DNA of 64,000 nucleotides from Chrysomallon squamiferum (Eukaryota; Animalia; Mollusca): NCBI GenBank assembly GCA_012295275.1, contig CM022670.1, positions 39,432,001 to 39,496,000 of the forward strand, read 5' to 3'. Shown piece by piece: positions 35,738 to 50,278 of this stretch (position 1 is its first letter; each line of letters starts with the position of its first letter). The notes under the pieces were generated by a model. It saw only the letters and a program-made list of their open reading frames with translations, ran no database searches and was not told where the DNA came from. The position numbers and the translations under genes were made by a program.

Positions 35738-35879
35738 CAACAACAACAACAACAGCACTGTTATTACAAAGTAATTCGCAAACTTATGAAAAAGATCAAA
35801 CCATGTTTTGCGGTTTTCCTTCAACGTCCACCAAGAAGACTAAAGCAACAACGAGAATCGAACCCAGCGCAGTAGACAT
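31973..35879 (-). CDS. Secreted prepro three-finger (Ly6/uPAR, LU-domain) protein, ~134 aa, no GPI signal
   Basis: Exons 35879-35802 (MSTALGSILVVALVFLVDVEGKPQNM), 35207-35099 (NEDYSRVLRNINTIHKHGIVAAKLTGDDQARQKKSL; weak AAG acceptor), 33179-33106 (DTLMCNTCRGNEFYCEYEEKECAPG), 32116-31973 (QVCGSVWDNDNRFSFTGCMEPQLCDLIQQTGVTSVTCCESDLCNWKF*). Phases 0/1/0 are consistent. There are 10 Cys, with the LxCxxC start and CCxxDLCN end typical of LU domains. Confidence 0.85.
33244..33539. mobile_element. hAT (Charlie-like) non-autonomous MITE in intron 2 of the LU gene
   Basis: TIRs CAGGCATGGGCAA...TTGCCCATGACTG, subterminal GCGGGCC motifs, inserted in a (TA)n tract with near-identical 8-bp flanks (ATATATAT / GTATATAT). 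Confidence 0.8.
34350..34562. repeat. (TG)n compound microsatellite
   Basis: Seen directly; the three CVCV ORFs here are artefacts. Confidence 0.95.
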
Positions 35880-37387
35880 CACTGCTTGTGTTTGTCAGTC
35901 CGAGGACGGTGAGAGAAGCAGAATAACAAGTGTCTGTTAGTCCGAAAACCGTTTGCGATTCGGGAGAACTAGACGTCCACTGTTTATTTAAAAGGTCGAA
36001 GACATGTTTATTTTTGTTGCCTTCTGACATGTTAATTATGCTTAATTTTCGTTAATACGACGTTTCCGATGTGTGTAAACGAAGTCCGCTGTTTCGATTC
36101 TGGGAAAATGACAGTTTGATGAAGAAACTAATGGAAGTAATTTGCTTGTTCTTTCTAAATGGTTACAAATTCGGGGAAGCAAGGAGGCAACCTAGAGAAA
36201 AACACAAAATTAAAAAGTAGCAACAAACTCAAAAGGAATCTGGTAAACTGGAAATATATGTTATTTTTTAATGTAAATCTGTATAAAATCAGTCAGATAA
36301 ACCTGTATCACAAATTAATTTAAAAAGTAATAATGTCTATACAATAAGAAAATAAACAGGAAAAGAAATGAAAGGAAAACAAAATTAATGAAAACTTGCA
36401 TTTGCGTTTATTTAGAATGTTAATTATTTTAAGAAATTCTTTATTACTGTTCAAAACTATTATTTGTGTCTGATTTCCTAATTATTTATATTATTTATGC
36501 ACATTTTAAAAAATTTCAAAATTCCATTAACTGATACTTTCTAAATCAAGGTAAGTCAAAATTATATGAATATTTTAACTACAAAAAAAAAAAAAAAAAA
36601 AAATAAATAAAAAAAAAAAAAAAAATTAAATAAAATAAAAATAAGAATTAAAAAAAAGAATCTCATTGATGTCGATTTCCAAAACCTTGAATACATTACT
36701 ACGCTATGCTACTCTGTTATAAAATGCTCAGATAAATGCATGTACTTTATAAGTCTTCTAAACTAGTAAAATAACAAGACCTTTTTGTTCTGACCTTTAC
36801 ATCTTTCAAAGATGGGATCCGTCGGATTGTTTTCAAAATAATTTAAAATTAAAAACACAGGAAATTCCTGTTGGTCTCTGTCTCCTTATACACTGTCCAG
36901 GACTATTCCATCATTTTGTGACAAGGTCATTATTACTTCACTAATACACCACCGTTTACAATGGCGTCCGTGCACTTTAAATGACGGGGCGCGCAAATTA
37001 GCAAACTGTACGAAGGTCACAGGGTCCGTGTGCAAAAATAACATTGAAAACTGATTATCTGGTTTTCATCCCGTGGAGCCGAGGAGACCAACTAGCCTAA
37101 TTAGAAAAAGAATAGCTCTCAATTAGGGGAACAAATATTTAAACTGGGCTTTAACTGTCTGTGAAATTCATCAATGAACCTTGATGAATGCTAATCTGAA
37201 TAATCTGCACTCCGAGTAGTGTCTTTCGTTGTCGATATGAGATTACATGTGACCGATCAGCTGGCAGGCGATCTCAGTCATCGGTTAGGTTTGTTAGAGT
37301 TTATGGAATTTGTCATCGTGTCTCTTTCTCAGTCGACCTCTCTGTTTGTTCCGGTCATCCATCCACCCATCCACCAACTATAACATG

Positions 37388-37411
37388 CATATCTATCTAT
37401 CTATATCTATA

Positions 37412-37472
<61 letters not shown>

Positions 37473-37810
37473 GCCTGCCTGCCTGCCTGCCTGCCTGTCT
37501 GTCTGTCTGTCTATCTGTCTGTCCATATATCTGTCTAAATATCTATTTTTTTTTATCTCTCTGTCTGTCTCTATCTGTTTAAATATATATCTAGTTTTAA
37601 TCTATCTATCTATCTATCTATTTTTTTATCTCTATCTGTCTATCTAAATATATATATTTTTTTAATCTATCTATGTCTGTATGTCTATCTATCTATCTAT
37701 TTTTGTATCTGTCTATCTGCCTGCCTGTTAGTAATCTGCCTCTGTCTGTCTGTCTGTCTTTTGTCTGACTGTCCACTTGCGTGCTTTTCTGTCTGTCTGT
37801 CTGACTGTCT
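37388..37810. repeat. (TATC)n/(CTGC)n/(CTGT)n compound tetranucleotide microsatellite
   Basis: Seen directly in the sequence. Confidence 0.9.
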
Positions 37811-38833
37811 GACGTGTGCTTGTCTATCTAAAGTACGATTTACCGGTCAACGACCTTTCAACAAGTCTTACGTAAGTTTATCTATCCACTTATCTGACTT
37901 TTCTGTCTTGTTGTACGTGTGTCTGTCTGTTTTTGTGAATATATTACATAAATATGAATAAAACAGTTGTTTACACTATCAGGCATTTTGAAAAAAAAAA
38001 AGTCATTAAATTAACATTATCTTCATACGAGCAAGGACAGTTGATATTTCGTTTTTATGTCTGCATTGTGAGTGCAAATTATGAGTTTATAATTGAAAAA
38101 AAAAAAAAAATAATAATAACATATTTGTTTGTTACCGACTACAAGTGTCAACTTATGTAGGAAATATTAGGGGTACGTGGAGAATTCAGTAATATTAAAG
38201 CCGTAGGGTAGACGCGCACACATCTCCTCATTATACCATCCATTTATTAATATAATATCTATTTAGTATTGACAGCGAGTTCACGTGAGATCAGTGATCT
38301 AAATATAAGATTAATCCTCGATACAAAGTAAGACTTTGGCAGAGAAATTCTAGCTTTTCACGTCTTTGTTAGAACCTGGCTGTTGCAATACAATGACGAG
38401 GTCACTTGACAACGCTGGGAAACGAATGTCACAAAGGTATCAGGACTTCTGCGAACGTCAACACAAACTCCACATTTTGAAACGACTGCGTTTAAGTGTG
38501 GGACCTCTTACAATGCGCACAGCATAGCGCGTGTGTAGAAACCTTTATCACGCCGTTGTTGGTGTTGTTGTTTATGCAATTTTAACGTTCTTCACTATGT
38601 GAAAAGCGAGAGATCTCTTATGGGTTCTGTAAAGACTTAATTTTTTTTTTTTTTTTACTCTGTTCGGTTTTTATTTATTTATTATTATTGCATTCCTTTT
38701 TTTTTTTTTTTTTTTTTTTTTCTTCTCCACTGTGATTTAATAAAGTGAAGGGTTGTTTTTTTTAAACTATCTAGTGATAAAACTGGCTTTATACTGATGT
38801 AAAATTGAAGAAGGTTTGGATATATCTAGAAAA

Positions 38834-39145
38834 ATGAGGATATTTTCTGTGGTAGTTATTTTCTTCACCGGGAATATTTTATTTACCTGTGGTGAGTAGT
38901 TCTTAATGATAATTTAACTCTACTTTGACTTAATGCATAACATTCGTTTATTGTCAGGATCAGAAGAAGTTTCTCAAGATTTTTCATTTTCTTGTAACAA
39001 CTCTAAGAATGTCTAAATTTGAAAACTAATTCATCACATTTTCCTTTCACAAAAATAAATTTGCTAGTCTAAAGAATTAAATGAAGGTTAATGTCCGTAA
39101 ATTCATGTTACATTATATCATACCTACAGTTGTCCAGATTATGAT

Positions 39146-39221
<76 letters not shown>

Positions 39222-42076
39222 AAACGTTAATTCGATAAAAATGAATGAATTGTTAGATGCATAATGTGAAATCCATTTTTCGAATATTTGAAAACATCTT
39301 TACATTATATTATTAACATATTATACTTTTGATAAATGAATGAGTTGATAATGTGATCTTTCATCTGTTGTTGTGTTGTTTGTGCTACTGTTTCAGAGAG
39401 TGTAACACCAGGGTGCACACTGCCCAACGTGTTACAAGGAACGTGGGCAATGACAAGATTTGGACTAACACCTCTCGGTTTTAATTCAACCCACGTTACA
39501 CAGTTTCCTACTGACAAAACAACATGTCCTTTATGTAATTCTGCTTATGATTTCTACTGCTACAAGAAAACCGGAAAAACACAATTTGAGCTCAAGTAAG
39601 TAACAGTATAGTAAAATCAGATTTAAATTTTAAAATCGAAAACATCGAAAATATGAAATCTGACAAAATGTATTTAATAAAGTTAAGAAACAGTTCACTT
39701 TTTCTGCTACCATAGCACTTGTGGAACATTTTTGGTCAAGTTAATACATATGCACTGAAGATTATTGCAGATAAAGTTTAATAGTTTATATATCAAAAAC
39801 AACAAAACATAGAAACTTCTAACTGACCCAGAAGTAAAAAACATAAATTCATATATATATATATTGGGTTGAGTAATAAGTCATTGTGGTTCATAATTGA
39901 TTCAAATTTTGTTCCAGAGGCATCGAAAAATTTGTTGACCGTTATTTACCCAACGGTATACAAATTTTTCGATGCCTCTGGAACAAAATCTATTAAGCAT
40001 ACATTATTAATTAATAATATGTATGATTAAATTTAATTTAACCGCAATGATTTATTCCTCAACTGTAAGCTGTTGATAAAATTATGCGCTTTTTTCTTAG
40101 TTACAACTTAGATAACATTATTGTTTTCTGACACTGGGACTCTTTGGAGAAAAGATTTGTCTTCAGTGGTTTTTCTGAATCCGCTTATAGTAACCTTTTA
40201 TTCTAAACACAGTACGATTTCAAAAATGCTTTATTACTTTTCGAATTAGATTTTTGTCACAACAAAATAGAAAGCAAATAAAGTATTATGAAATAATCAG
40301 AATATTACTATTGTTGTCGTTATTATTGTTATTGTTATTATTATTATTATTATTATTATTGTAGTAATAGTAGTATTAGTATTGAGTTACGTTTTTTTCT
40401 TTTTATAAATAGTAATTTACTTTTATTTTCATTGTTTGCTATCTGTCTTTTCAGAAGTGTGGAAGGAGCACAGCTTTATTCTGGAGGATCGTTCACTTTG
40501 TACATGTGCTGGTATTTGGAAACTGTCGACGAATCCACTGTTATAGTCCATGAACTGACATCAAGTAAGAAAATAAGAACACAACATTAACACTATTTTA
40601 GTGACATTGCAAATATCAAAATTTTATTTTCTAAAATCTAAATAAGCACTGTTAGTATAGTGACATGCAAATGAATGAAATGAATTTGTGACTTAATACA
40701 GGAAAAAGTTTAAATAGGTGATGATTAAAAAATAATAATAAAAAATTATATTTACACAGTGCAGCTACAAATATTTTATGCTAACTTTTTATTTTAAAGT
40801 ATATATTTACATGGTAATAAGTGGTGTTTATCTGACGTTTCAGTGGTCTATATTTTATTTCAGTTGGAATGTTTGGATCTAATCGTATGAAACACGATGC
40901 AAACGGAATACCTAACTCTTGTGATTATACCACTTCTAATTCAGACCATGGATTAATCATTAATATTGGTATGAAATATTGTCTATAATTTACATCATCT
41001 GGACTATATTTAACAATATAAGATACAGGGTATTTTAATCAGATATGTATACTCTACGGACAGGTTAAGTGTCATGTATACATGTTGGTATTAAAAGTAT
41101 ACTATTAAAGCGTTTTCATTAAATTTACTTTTAAATTAAATGGAAATTAAAAAATAAATGCAATAAATAATCTTTCTGATTAAAATATAAATAAATAAAT
41201 AAATAAAATACTACAGAAAGTACAATAAGAACTGCTGATATTAAAATAGCAAAGGTTCTACTTTTTTATAATTTGTTTTTGTTTTTATTATTATTGATAC
41301 TGTTATGATTAATGTTATTATCATCATCACATCAATCATTTTTTATTATTATTATTATTATTATAGCTTCTCTGAGTTCGATAAACAACACGTGTCCTTA
41401 CGACATCTTTGGAAAATACGAAGACAAAAATTCTTCGTGTACTCTCGATATTGACGTCTGCTCTGATCATGCAGTTATCGCCCTTAGCAATGTCGGGTCT
41501 GGTTGTAGCACAAAACCAATGTTTACCGGTAAACACTCAAATCAATTTAAAAAAAAAAAAAAAAAGAAGAAGAAGAAGAAAGAAAGAATATGCGTAACTT
41601 TACTTCTTTACTTTCTTTCTTCTTCTTCTTCTTCTTCTTCTTATTATTATTATTTATAATATCCCTTATTTAATTTGTTCTATATTAATTCTATTTATAA
41701 TTTATTTATTATTATTATTTTTTAATGAAAAAACAAAACAAAAACAAAAACAATTTTAGACAGTTGGATCAACAAATCACTAAATGTTATCTCACACAAA
41801 AATAAATCAGCCATGACCTCGGTCAGACAAAGGAGACTATTAATAAAAACACTCAAAATTAAAATAAATTATAATCTAAATTAAAAAATAATGATAATAA
41901 TAAAAAATATAATAATAATAATAATAATAATACTTGTATTTTTTAATGTTACAGTTATATTTTTCCTTATCTCAGTGCCCATATGGATGGCTTTTGTCTT
42001 AGAATGCTTAAACATTATTATGTGCCGACATAGTTTACTTCGACCTCCAAATGTCCTGCAAACACAGATACATACG

Positions 42077-42139
<63 letters not shown>

Positions 42140-42714
42140 AAGTATTAAACAAAGAAGAATAGCAATTATAAATAATATTACAAGAATACCTGTCACAAGT
42201 GTGTGCATGTGCGTGTGTGTGCGTGGGTGTGTGTGTGTGTGTGTAAACAGTCTTTGTATATACACAAGTAGTGAAATCAAAATTAAACGAATAATACGTT
42301 ATCAACCTTTCCTTCGACTTATCGATGTTTTGTTCTCTGTTTCAGACGGGACATCTGTAAACTGTGTTGCTGGTGTTATAAAGAGTTCTACAACTTATCT
42401 AACCGTGTACAACAAACAAACGTCTGTCCAACCATTCACGTGTCTGGTAATGTATCTCTGTAATCTGCCAACACAAGAACTGACCTGCTCTTACATGCAC
42501 ACACATGCCAGCATGTGCACCTATCATTTCACACATCTTCACATAACTACACATATACGTTTTCCAGATACAGTCATTACCTACTGTGAGTTCCGTTCTA
42601 TTTCGTTTTAACTAAAATACAATGTGCCTACGCATCTATGTATTCATGGATCAGGCAGTTTTATATATGTATATCAATATTTAATACTAGTTGTCACTTT
42701 CTGTCATTAAAGCG

Positions 42715-42751
<37 letters not shown>

Positions 42752-43666
42752 AATGCCGACAATAACAACAACAATAACAATGTTTTGTTCTAATTAAACT
42801 GAATTTCCATACACAAATCATTATATCAGCGTAAACGAATACATATGGATATGCATATGCAGAACATATTGCATTGTTTCTTAATATATAAATATAAAAC
42901 TTCTTAAATAATTTATAATATTATTGTAATTCGGTAGGTTTCAGAAATAAACAGGAATCCCGTTCAGATGGAGATTTCTCCAATTTTTCTTTTATTTTTA
43001 ATTTTTTTTTCTAAAACAAAAGAAAAAAAAAAAAAAAAAAGAGAAAAAAAAATATTTCTATTTTCTTGACATTCAGGGTTTCTGATAGTATTTGTACTAG
43101 TTAATAAAAATTAATCTGAACCGAATATTATATTTTTATGTTCTTCAGTAACATTGTTCTGTATTTCAAAACTAAAATACGCTTTTGAACTGAATACCGA
43201 AACGCATAATCAGTTTCATTTTTCTATTCTTCAGTAGTGTTGTTCTGTATTTCAAAACTAATATATGCTTTTGAAACGTAATACTTACGGGGGGGGGGAA
43301 AATAAAACCAAGCATGTAGGAATAAATAGTTTTTTCTATTAATAGATACTGGCGCCCGCATCAAGCAGGTGTCCGCAAAGCTTGACACACATAAACTGCA
43401 GTTCAAAGGAGCATTTAATGTGTATCACGATACAGAACAATATTTTCTCTTTCCGATGCACTGTTTATTTTTGTTTTGCTCAAAGTGTGCGATATTATTT
43501 TTAATTATTTTTTTTAAAAAGATTTATGCCATTTCACGCACTCACATCGTAGCATGATTTCCCACACGTTAGAAAATACACATTCTCTGTAAGGGAGGTA
43601 ATTTGTAATCGCTGTGTTGTGGATTTTAGTCATTTTGAATTTGACTGTAACATGATGATGATGATG

Positions 43667-43699
<33 letters not shown>

Positions 43700-43731
43700 T
43701 TATTGTAGTATATCTTTTCATAAAAGCGTTT

Positions 43732-43796
<65 letters not shown>

Positions 43797-46467
43797 GTAT
43801 GTATGTATGTGTGTGTGTGTATATATATATATGTATGTATGTATATAAAATTAAGCTGAAGGAAATGAATAGAAAAAGCTTGATAAAAATGTCACGTGTT
43901 TTGAAAGTTGTCAGACGTCAACATCAGATGGTAACATCAAGTTGTTATGGTAATGTCCTTGAAAAACACAAACTGAAGCATACTTAGCTTTACAAGAATA
44001 TTGCATGCTTAGATTAGGCTGGTGAAGTGAAGTATAACTCGTCCTGCAAGTGACCTCAGCCATCTCGCACACCCAAGTCAACCCACCATAGCCTACCCTA
44101 CCCTGCTTGTGGTTAGAAGTATGTGTGTCTCGTAACATCTGTTTACACAGGTCTTTTCATTCTGGACAAAGTCCTGTTTGAATCATTAAAAATCGGATTA
44201 TAAATTATGCATTTTATTCCATTTTAAAATACTGACAGAAAATGACGTAACATTTTTGGGCTTAAGAACCATTTTTGGTGAGTCGACAAATCAGATCTTA
44301 GCATAGGATGAATCTTGAAAAAAAATAAGAAATATCTGTATAATAAATTCTTTAAGTCTGTATTTTTGTGTATAAATCTATAAAATAAATAAATAAATAA
44401 ATAAATAAATAAATATTTAAATAAATAAATAAATAAAAAAATAAAAATTAATAAATAAAAATATATGAACTGGCAGAATCAACACTTTCTCAAAACGGTG
44501 TTTATTTTTCTTTGTTTATTATCATTTTTAAAATTATTTTTACTGTAAAATTGGAGCCATATCTTTTGTTGGAATAAAGACTGAAACATTCATTTTATTT
44601 TTATTTTCTTATTCATTCTTTTTATTTAATTATTTATTTATGAATTTTTAAATTTATTTATCAATTTGTTTTTATTTATTATTTGTTTTGTAAAAAGATT
44701 TATAACTTAGGAGAAAAAAAAAGACAGATGATGTTTTGGATACCAGTACTTACAATTAGGATTTTAAATAGATAAATGTTTATTTATTCCTTTTAACATT
44801 TTAAACAGATAAATGATTATTTATTCCTTTTAATATTTTAAATAGATAATGATTATTTATTCCTTTTAATATTTTTATAAATAGATAAATGATTTTTTTT
44901 ATTCCTTTTAATATTTTAAATGAATGTTTGAACACTTCATCGATTTCGTTATTACTTTCTGTGAATCGTAAATATTAGGCCAGTTTTGGTTTTACAGATC
45001 TCTGTCTCTCTCTCCGTCGCTGTTTATAATATTATCCTTTAGGCTGGACAGATCTTATGAATTCTCAGTAGGTTAACACCTTTTTCTGAACATTGCAGAC
45101 GTTTATATTCACAAGTCGTAATATTCCACTCTCATAACGACGCCATTGTGGCGCTTTAATACAGACGCTTTATATATTTATAAAAGAAAGAGTCTGCGTT
45201 GTAATATGTATTTTTATTTTATTGACTTTTGAAAACTTATTATGAATGGTAACCATGAGGCGATTCTAAAATGTTCGTTTTGAAGGTTACGTGTTTGGTA
45301 CGTAAATAAACTTTTTTAAAAACCCACGTCAACGAGAAGACACTGTGAGTTTTGTCTGCGTGTATGTACGTTGTGATTTTGATAATTATTTGCTCTGTCT
45401 CGAGCTTATGTATGATGTATATTGTGCTTGCATTGTATTTTTGTACAATGTGAATATGTGTATTATATTTTTATATGGTATAGTGCGCACGTTTTTCTGT
45501 AGGTTTGTATATATATGTAGACAGTCTGCAGTATTTTCAGGCGTCAGTATATGTTTCTGTGTGTTTCTGTGTGTGTGTGTGTGTGATTGTTAATGTGATA
45601 TAACTATATAGACGTCCTGAAAATAATATGACATGTGTTGCATTCTTTTTAACATGCACAGTAACAACTCAACGTCAACAACAACAATAACAAAAAGAGC
45701 AACAATGTTTTCAAAAATGAATGTTTTTTTTGTTTTTTTTTAAAAACGAATTTACAAATTTACTCTTGCCCTTTCTCTGGCTAATTTATATAATAATCTT
45801 TTAATTTGTTTTATATTTACCTGTTTTATTTGTTTATTTTATTTACCTGTTTTATTTATCTGTTTTATTTGTGTGTTTCAGGCAATAAACAGTGCAGGTA
45901 CTGTTGTACTGATGTCTCAGAATCCTCTCTACTGTGTTTCTGATCAAACTGCTGACACAAGTACAAGTAACGGAAAACTAACCTTCGCCTTCTCACCTAT
46001 AGGTGAGTAAAATATCTAAAATAATAATTTTGTTTGTATCTATGTATGTGTGTATATGTATGTATATATGTATGTATGTATGTGTGTGTATGTATGTATA
46101 TGTGTGTATGTATGTATGTATGTGTGTGTGTATATATGTATGTATGTATGTATATATGTATGTAAAGTGTGTATGTATGTATGTGTGTGTGTATGGGTAT
46201 ATATGTATGTATGTATGTATCTATATATATAATATATATAAGGTATGTATGTACATGTATGTATGTGTGTTTATATATCTGTAGATATAGGTATCTAAGT
46301 GTATATAAACGTTTGTATGTGTATTTATTTATAGGTGAAACGTTTGTGTGTGTGTGTTATATTTATATTTATAGCTCATAAGTAATAATTTAAAAAATAA
46401 TAACACTGTTTTCTCTTCTTTTTTTTTTTTCAGAACTCTGTCGTAAGTATGAAATAACACATACTGT

Positions 46468-46508
<41 letters not shown>

Positions 46509-46754
46509 TGAGACACATATTTAATAGAAGTGTAATGACATCTAATAACAAGTTTGAATAAATGCATTATGTGATAGTCAACAGAAATATTATGATCATA
46601 TAACCATTATAAAAATAAATTACTATTTTATAGTATTTTAACTGACTGAATATAATAAAATGTACATGAGTTTTATTGTTCTTTTTCCATCAAAGACATA
46701 AAGAAAGAAAGAAAGAAAGAAAGAAAGAAAAAAAAGAAATAACAAAACAAAATA

Positions 46755-46799
<45 letters not shown>

Positions 46800-48986
46800 T
46801 GCAACCCTTAAACTACATATTATTTAAATGATTTTAAAATATTAAAACAATAAATTAGCAAAATTTTCGTTAACGCTGTCATGACACACGAAATAATAAA
46901 TGCAAAATCACCAACATCTTGCAGCTATAGTTAATACGACCACGACCACGAGCACTACAACCACATCGGTACCACCGACAGAAATGCAGCCAGGTCTGAT
47001 AGCTGGCATCACGCTGTTGATTCTTCTGGTGCTGCTCGTGTTAGTTTTGTGTTTGATCTGCTGTCTGAGATTCAGACGCAAAAAACAAGACGCAGAGAAA
47101 AAGAAAGCCGAAGAAAGGACAACAGCGAATGATTCTGAGAGGCAGCCTATTAGAGGTACTGTACACCACACACATACACACACAGACTCACACAATACAT
47201 ACACAGACACACACACACACATACACACACAACACACACACACATATACACACACATAAAAACACTAAAAATAGCCCTATTTAAGTACTATTTTTATGGT
47301 TTAATTTTAAAATAAAAAATAAAAATTTTAAAATTTAAAAAATTCAAAAATATCGAAAAATCCTTTTTTTTTTCATTTTTTTTTTCAAATCTAAATAACA
47401 TTTTCAAAACTGAAAACTAATTTACTTATATATTTATTTAAAATCATGAAACATATTTTTTTGTTGTTGTTTATTAATTATAACGAACCACACAACTCGC
47501 CATTACCCTGTTTCGCTATTACGTAATAACGTCACGGATTTTACCAGAACCGGACGATTCCGAGTCGATAGATTCCGGGTGTCCTCCGCTAACTGGCGTG
47601 CACTTTCTCGACGAAGACGAAGAGGAAAGAAGACGCAGGGAGGACAAAAACAAACAGGGCAAAAGAAAAAAACACAGAAAGATCAAAGGAAAACGACAAA
47701 TTGTCGGCCCAGATGGAGAAATAATTTACGAGGTGATATTTTCTATAATATTTTCTATAATAATAATAAAAAAAAAATATTAAAAAATAATAATAATAAT
47801 AAAATAAAATAAAATAAAAAATAAATAATAAAATAATAAAATAATAATAATAAATAATAAAATAAATAAAATAAAATAAATAAAATAAATAAATAAATAA
47901 ATAAATAAATAAAAATATATATATATATAAAAAAAAACCCGAAAAACAAAACCAAACAAACAAATGGCATAATTCGTAACTCGTAATAATTTAAAATAAT
48001 TAGTTGGCCATGTGCTCTTTGTTACGCATAAAAAAAAGAGTACCTGTCATATTTACCACCATTATGGTTAGTCACTCTATTTTAAAATGCGTTACTATTT
48101 GTTTGCGTATTTGCCTTTTCTCTGTATCTTCATGTATATAATCTATTGAAATTATTGCCGTACGTTATAATTCTACAGGCTAAAATTATATATATACATA
48201 CCTAAAAGGAAAATAAATGTTATAAAGTTAAAAACAGATGTTTTAGTTTTTTTTTTTGGTTTATTTCAGGAGAGTGTTCCTGGAGATGATAACGATTATG
48301 CTGACGATTTTGAAGAAGATGACGAAATCACTGTAAGACATTTACCCGATTCCTTTCAGAATATTTTTACATGATATATATACATTTATATATACTAAAT
48401 TCCACTGAATATTAAAATATACATGCAGAATCCGAACGACTTTAACTCTAAGAACTACCATCTGGATGATTTGTATCCAGTAGAACTGTATCATCATATT
48501 CATACAAGCGGAGCTCTCTTTTTAAGTCTGGATATTTCTAAACAGATTGTGACTTTTTGGGAGAGGTTTTAGCGTTAGCAATATTATGAGAGCAAATGTT
48601 TTGTTCTCAGTTTCAAACGCTGATACTAATTGTTATTTTTCTTCAGGGTGTGCCAGGACAACGGAAAAGCAGGAAGCTGAAAAGGAAAGTTAGGAAGTAT
48701 ACCAGGCAACGAACTGGACCAGACGGAAAAGTGGTAAAGTTGAGAATGTACTGAATTTGATGTAGCATTCCGATAAATGTAGGATGTGTTTGAAATGTAA
48801 ATCGTTCAAAATAAAGCTTTTGCTGTATTCTAAAATAGTACTTTTAATACATCTTAATGTTCGTACAATCATATTTTATGTTAAATGTAAAATAAACTTT
48901 CAGTCTGTTAAGAATGCGAAATGTTTTTTTTTAATGAAATATTTTAAAGGCAATAAAATTAACAACTTCGTCCTTTTGGAATTGTT

Positions 48987-49034
<48 letters not shown>

Positions 49035-49415
49035 GCAATAATAATAATAATAACAATAATAACAATAACAACAATAATGTATTTATAGCTGAAACATAAC
49101 TTGAAATAAAAGATATCAGCTGTTGGAGAAAAAGTCGCTATGATTTATTTTACTGGATTACTTTTATTTCAAGTGAAAGATTAGAGTTGAAAGTGCTAGA
49201 GAAGACAAGTTCTGTAATCAAATTTTACCTGACGAATGTAATTCTGTAGATCACGGAGGAAGTGGAAAGTGAATATTTCGAGACTGACTCGGATGGTTCT
49301 GTGGAATCATGGGAACTTGATCCAATCCGCGTCGAAATTCACAACGCCAAGGAGAAGCGAAAAAAGTTCATCGAACAGTTTGTATGTGTTATACAAAACT
49401 TTTTAAAATTATCAT

Positions 49416-49457
<42 letters not shown>

Positions 49458-50046
49458 AATGAATTTTTATAATAATTGTGTTAGCAGAAATGTTTTGGAA
49501 TGAAAACTCATATGACAGTTATCACGTTTGATGATATGCAAATGGCTGTACTATAGTTTTTTTGAAATTTTGAAATTTTGAACTGAACATCATTATATTT
49601 GTAATTTTAATATAAATATCTAATTACGCTTAAATTAAAATGTATTATTATTATTATTATTATTTTTCTTTCTTTCTTTCAGGGATACGACCCCTTGTTT
49701 AAGACAAAAAATTTGTTGACGAGAGAACAAAACGAAAAACGATTCATGCCAGAGAAAGTGAAAACTCTGAAGGGTTATCTAAAATCTGAAAGTAAGGCGA
49801 AACGAAAGAAGCAGCAAGAAAACGCAAGTGACGACGATGGGGATGACGTCACAGGGGACGACAGGTACGAAGGTCGTGCGACCCCCTTCATGCGGGAATA
49901 CGATTACAAAATTTCAATGGACAAAAAGCTGGAAGACGAAGGTTTCTGGAACGATCAGTCTGGCGAAAAGACGAGTGAAGATATTTCCGTACGTTATAAG
50001 ATTATCAGTTTTAATACGGTCTCTTTTCTCTCATTTCAAAAAAAAA

Positions 50047-50084
<38 letters not shown>

Positions 50085-50233
50085 ATAATAATAATAAAAA
50101 ATAATAATAAAAAAAATAAATAAAAAAACATAAATAAATAAAAATATAAATAAAATTAAAAATAAAAATAATAATAGAAAGAAGAACAATGCATTAATAA
50201 CTTCCTTTAGGACTCGTTTGTCTGTGTGTGTGC

Positions 50234-50278
<45 letters not shown>

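Noticed and set aside
43900-44150. GC-richer intronic island, possibly a repeat remnant
   Set aside because: No TIR, Pol III boxes or protein similarity could be recognised.
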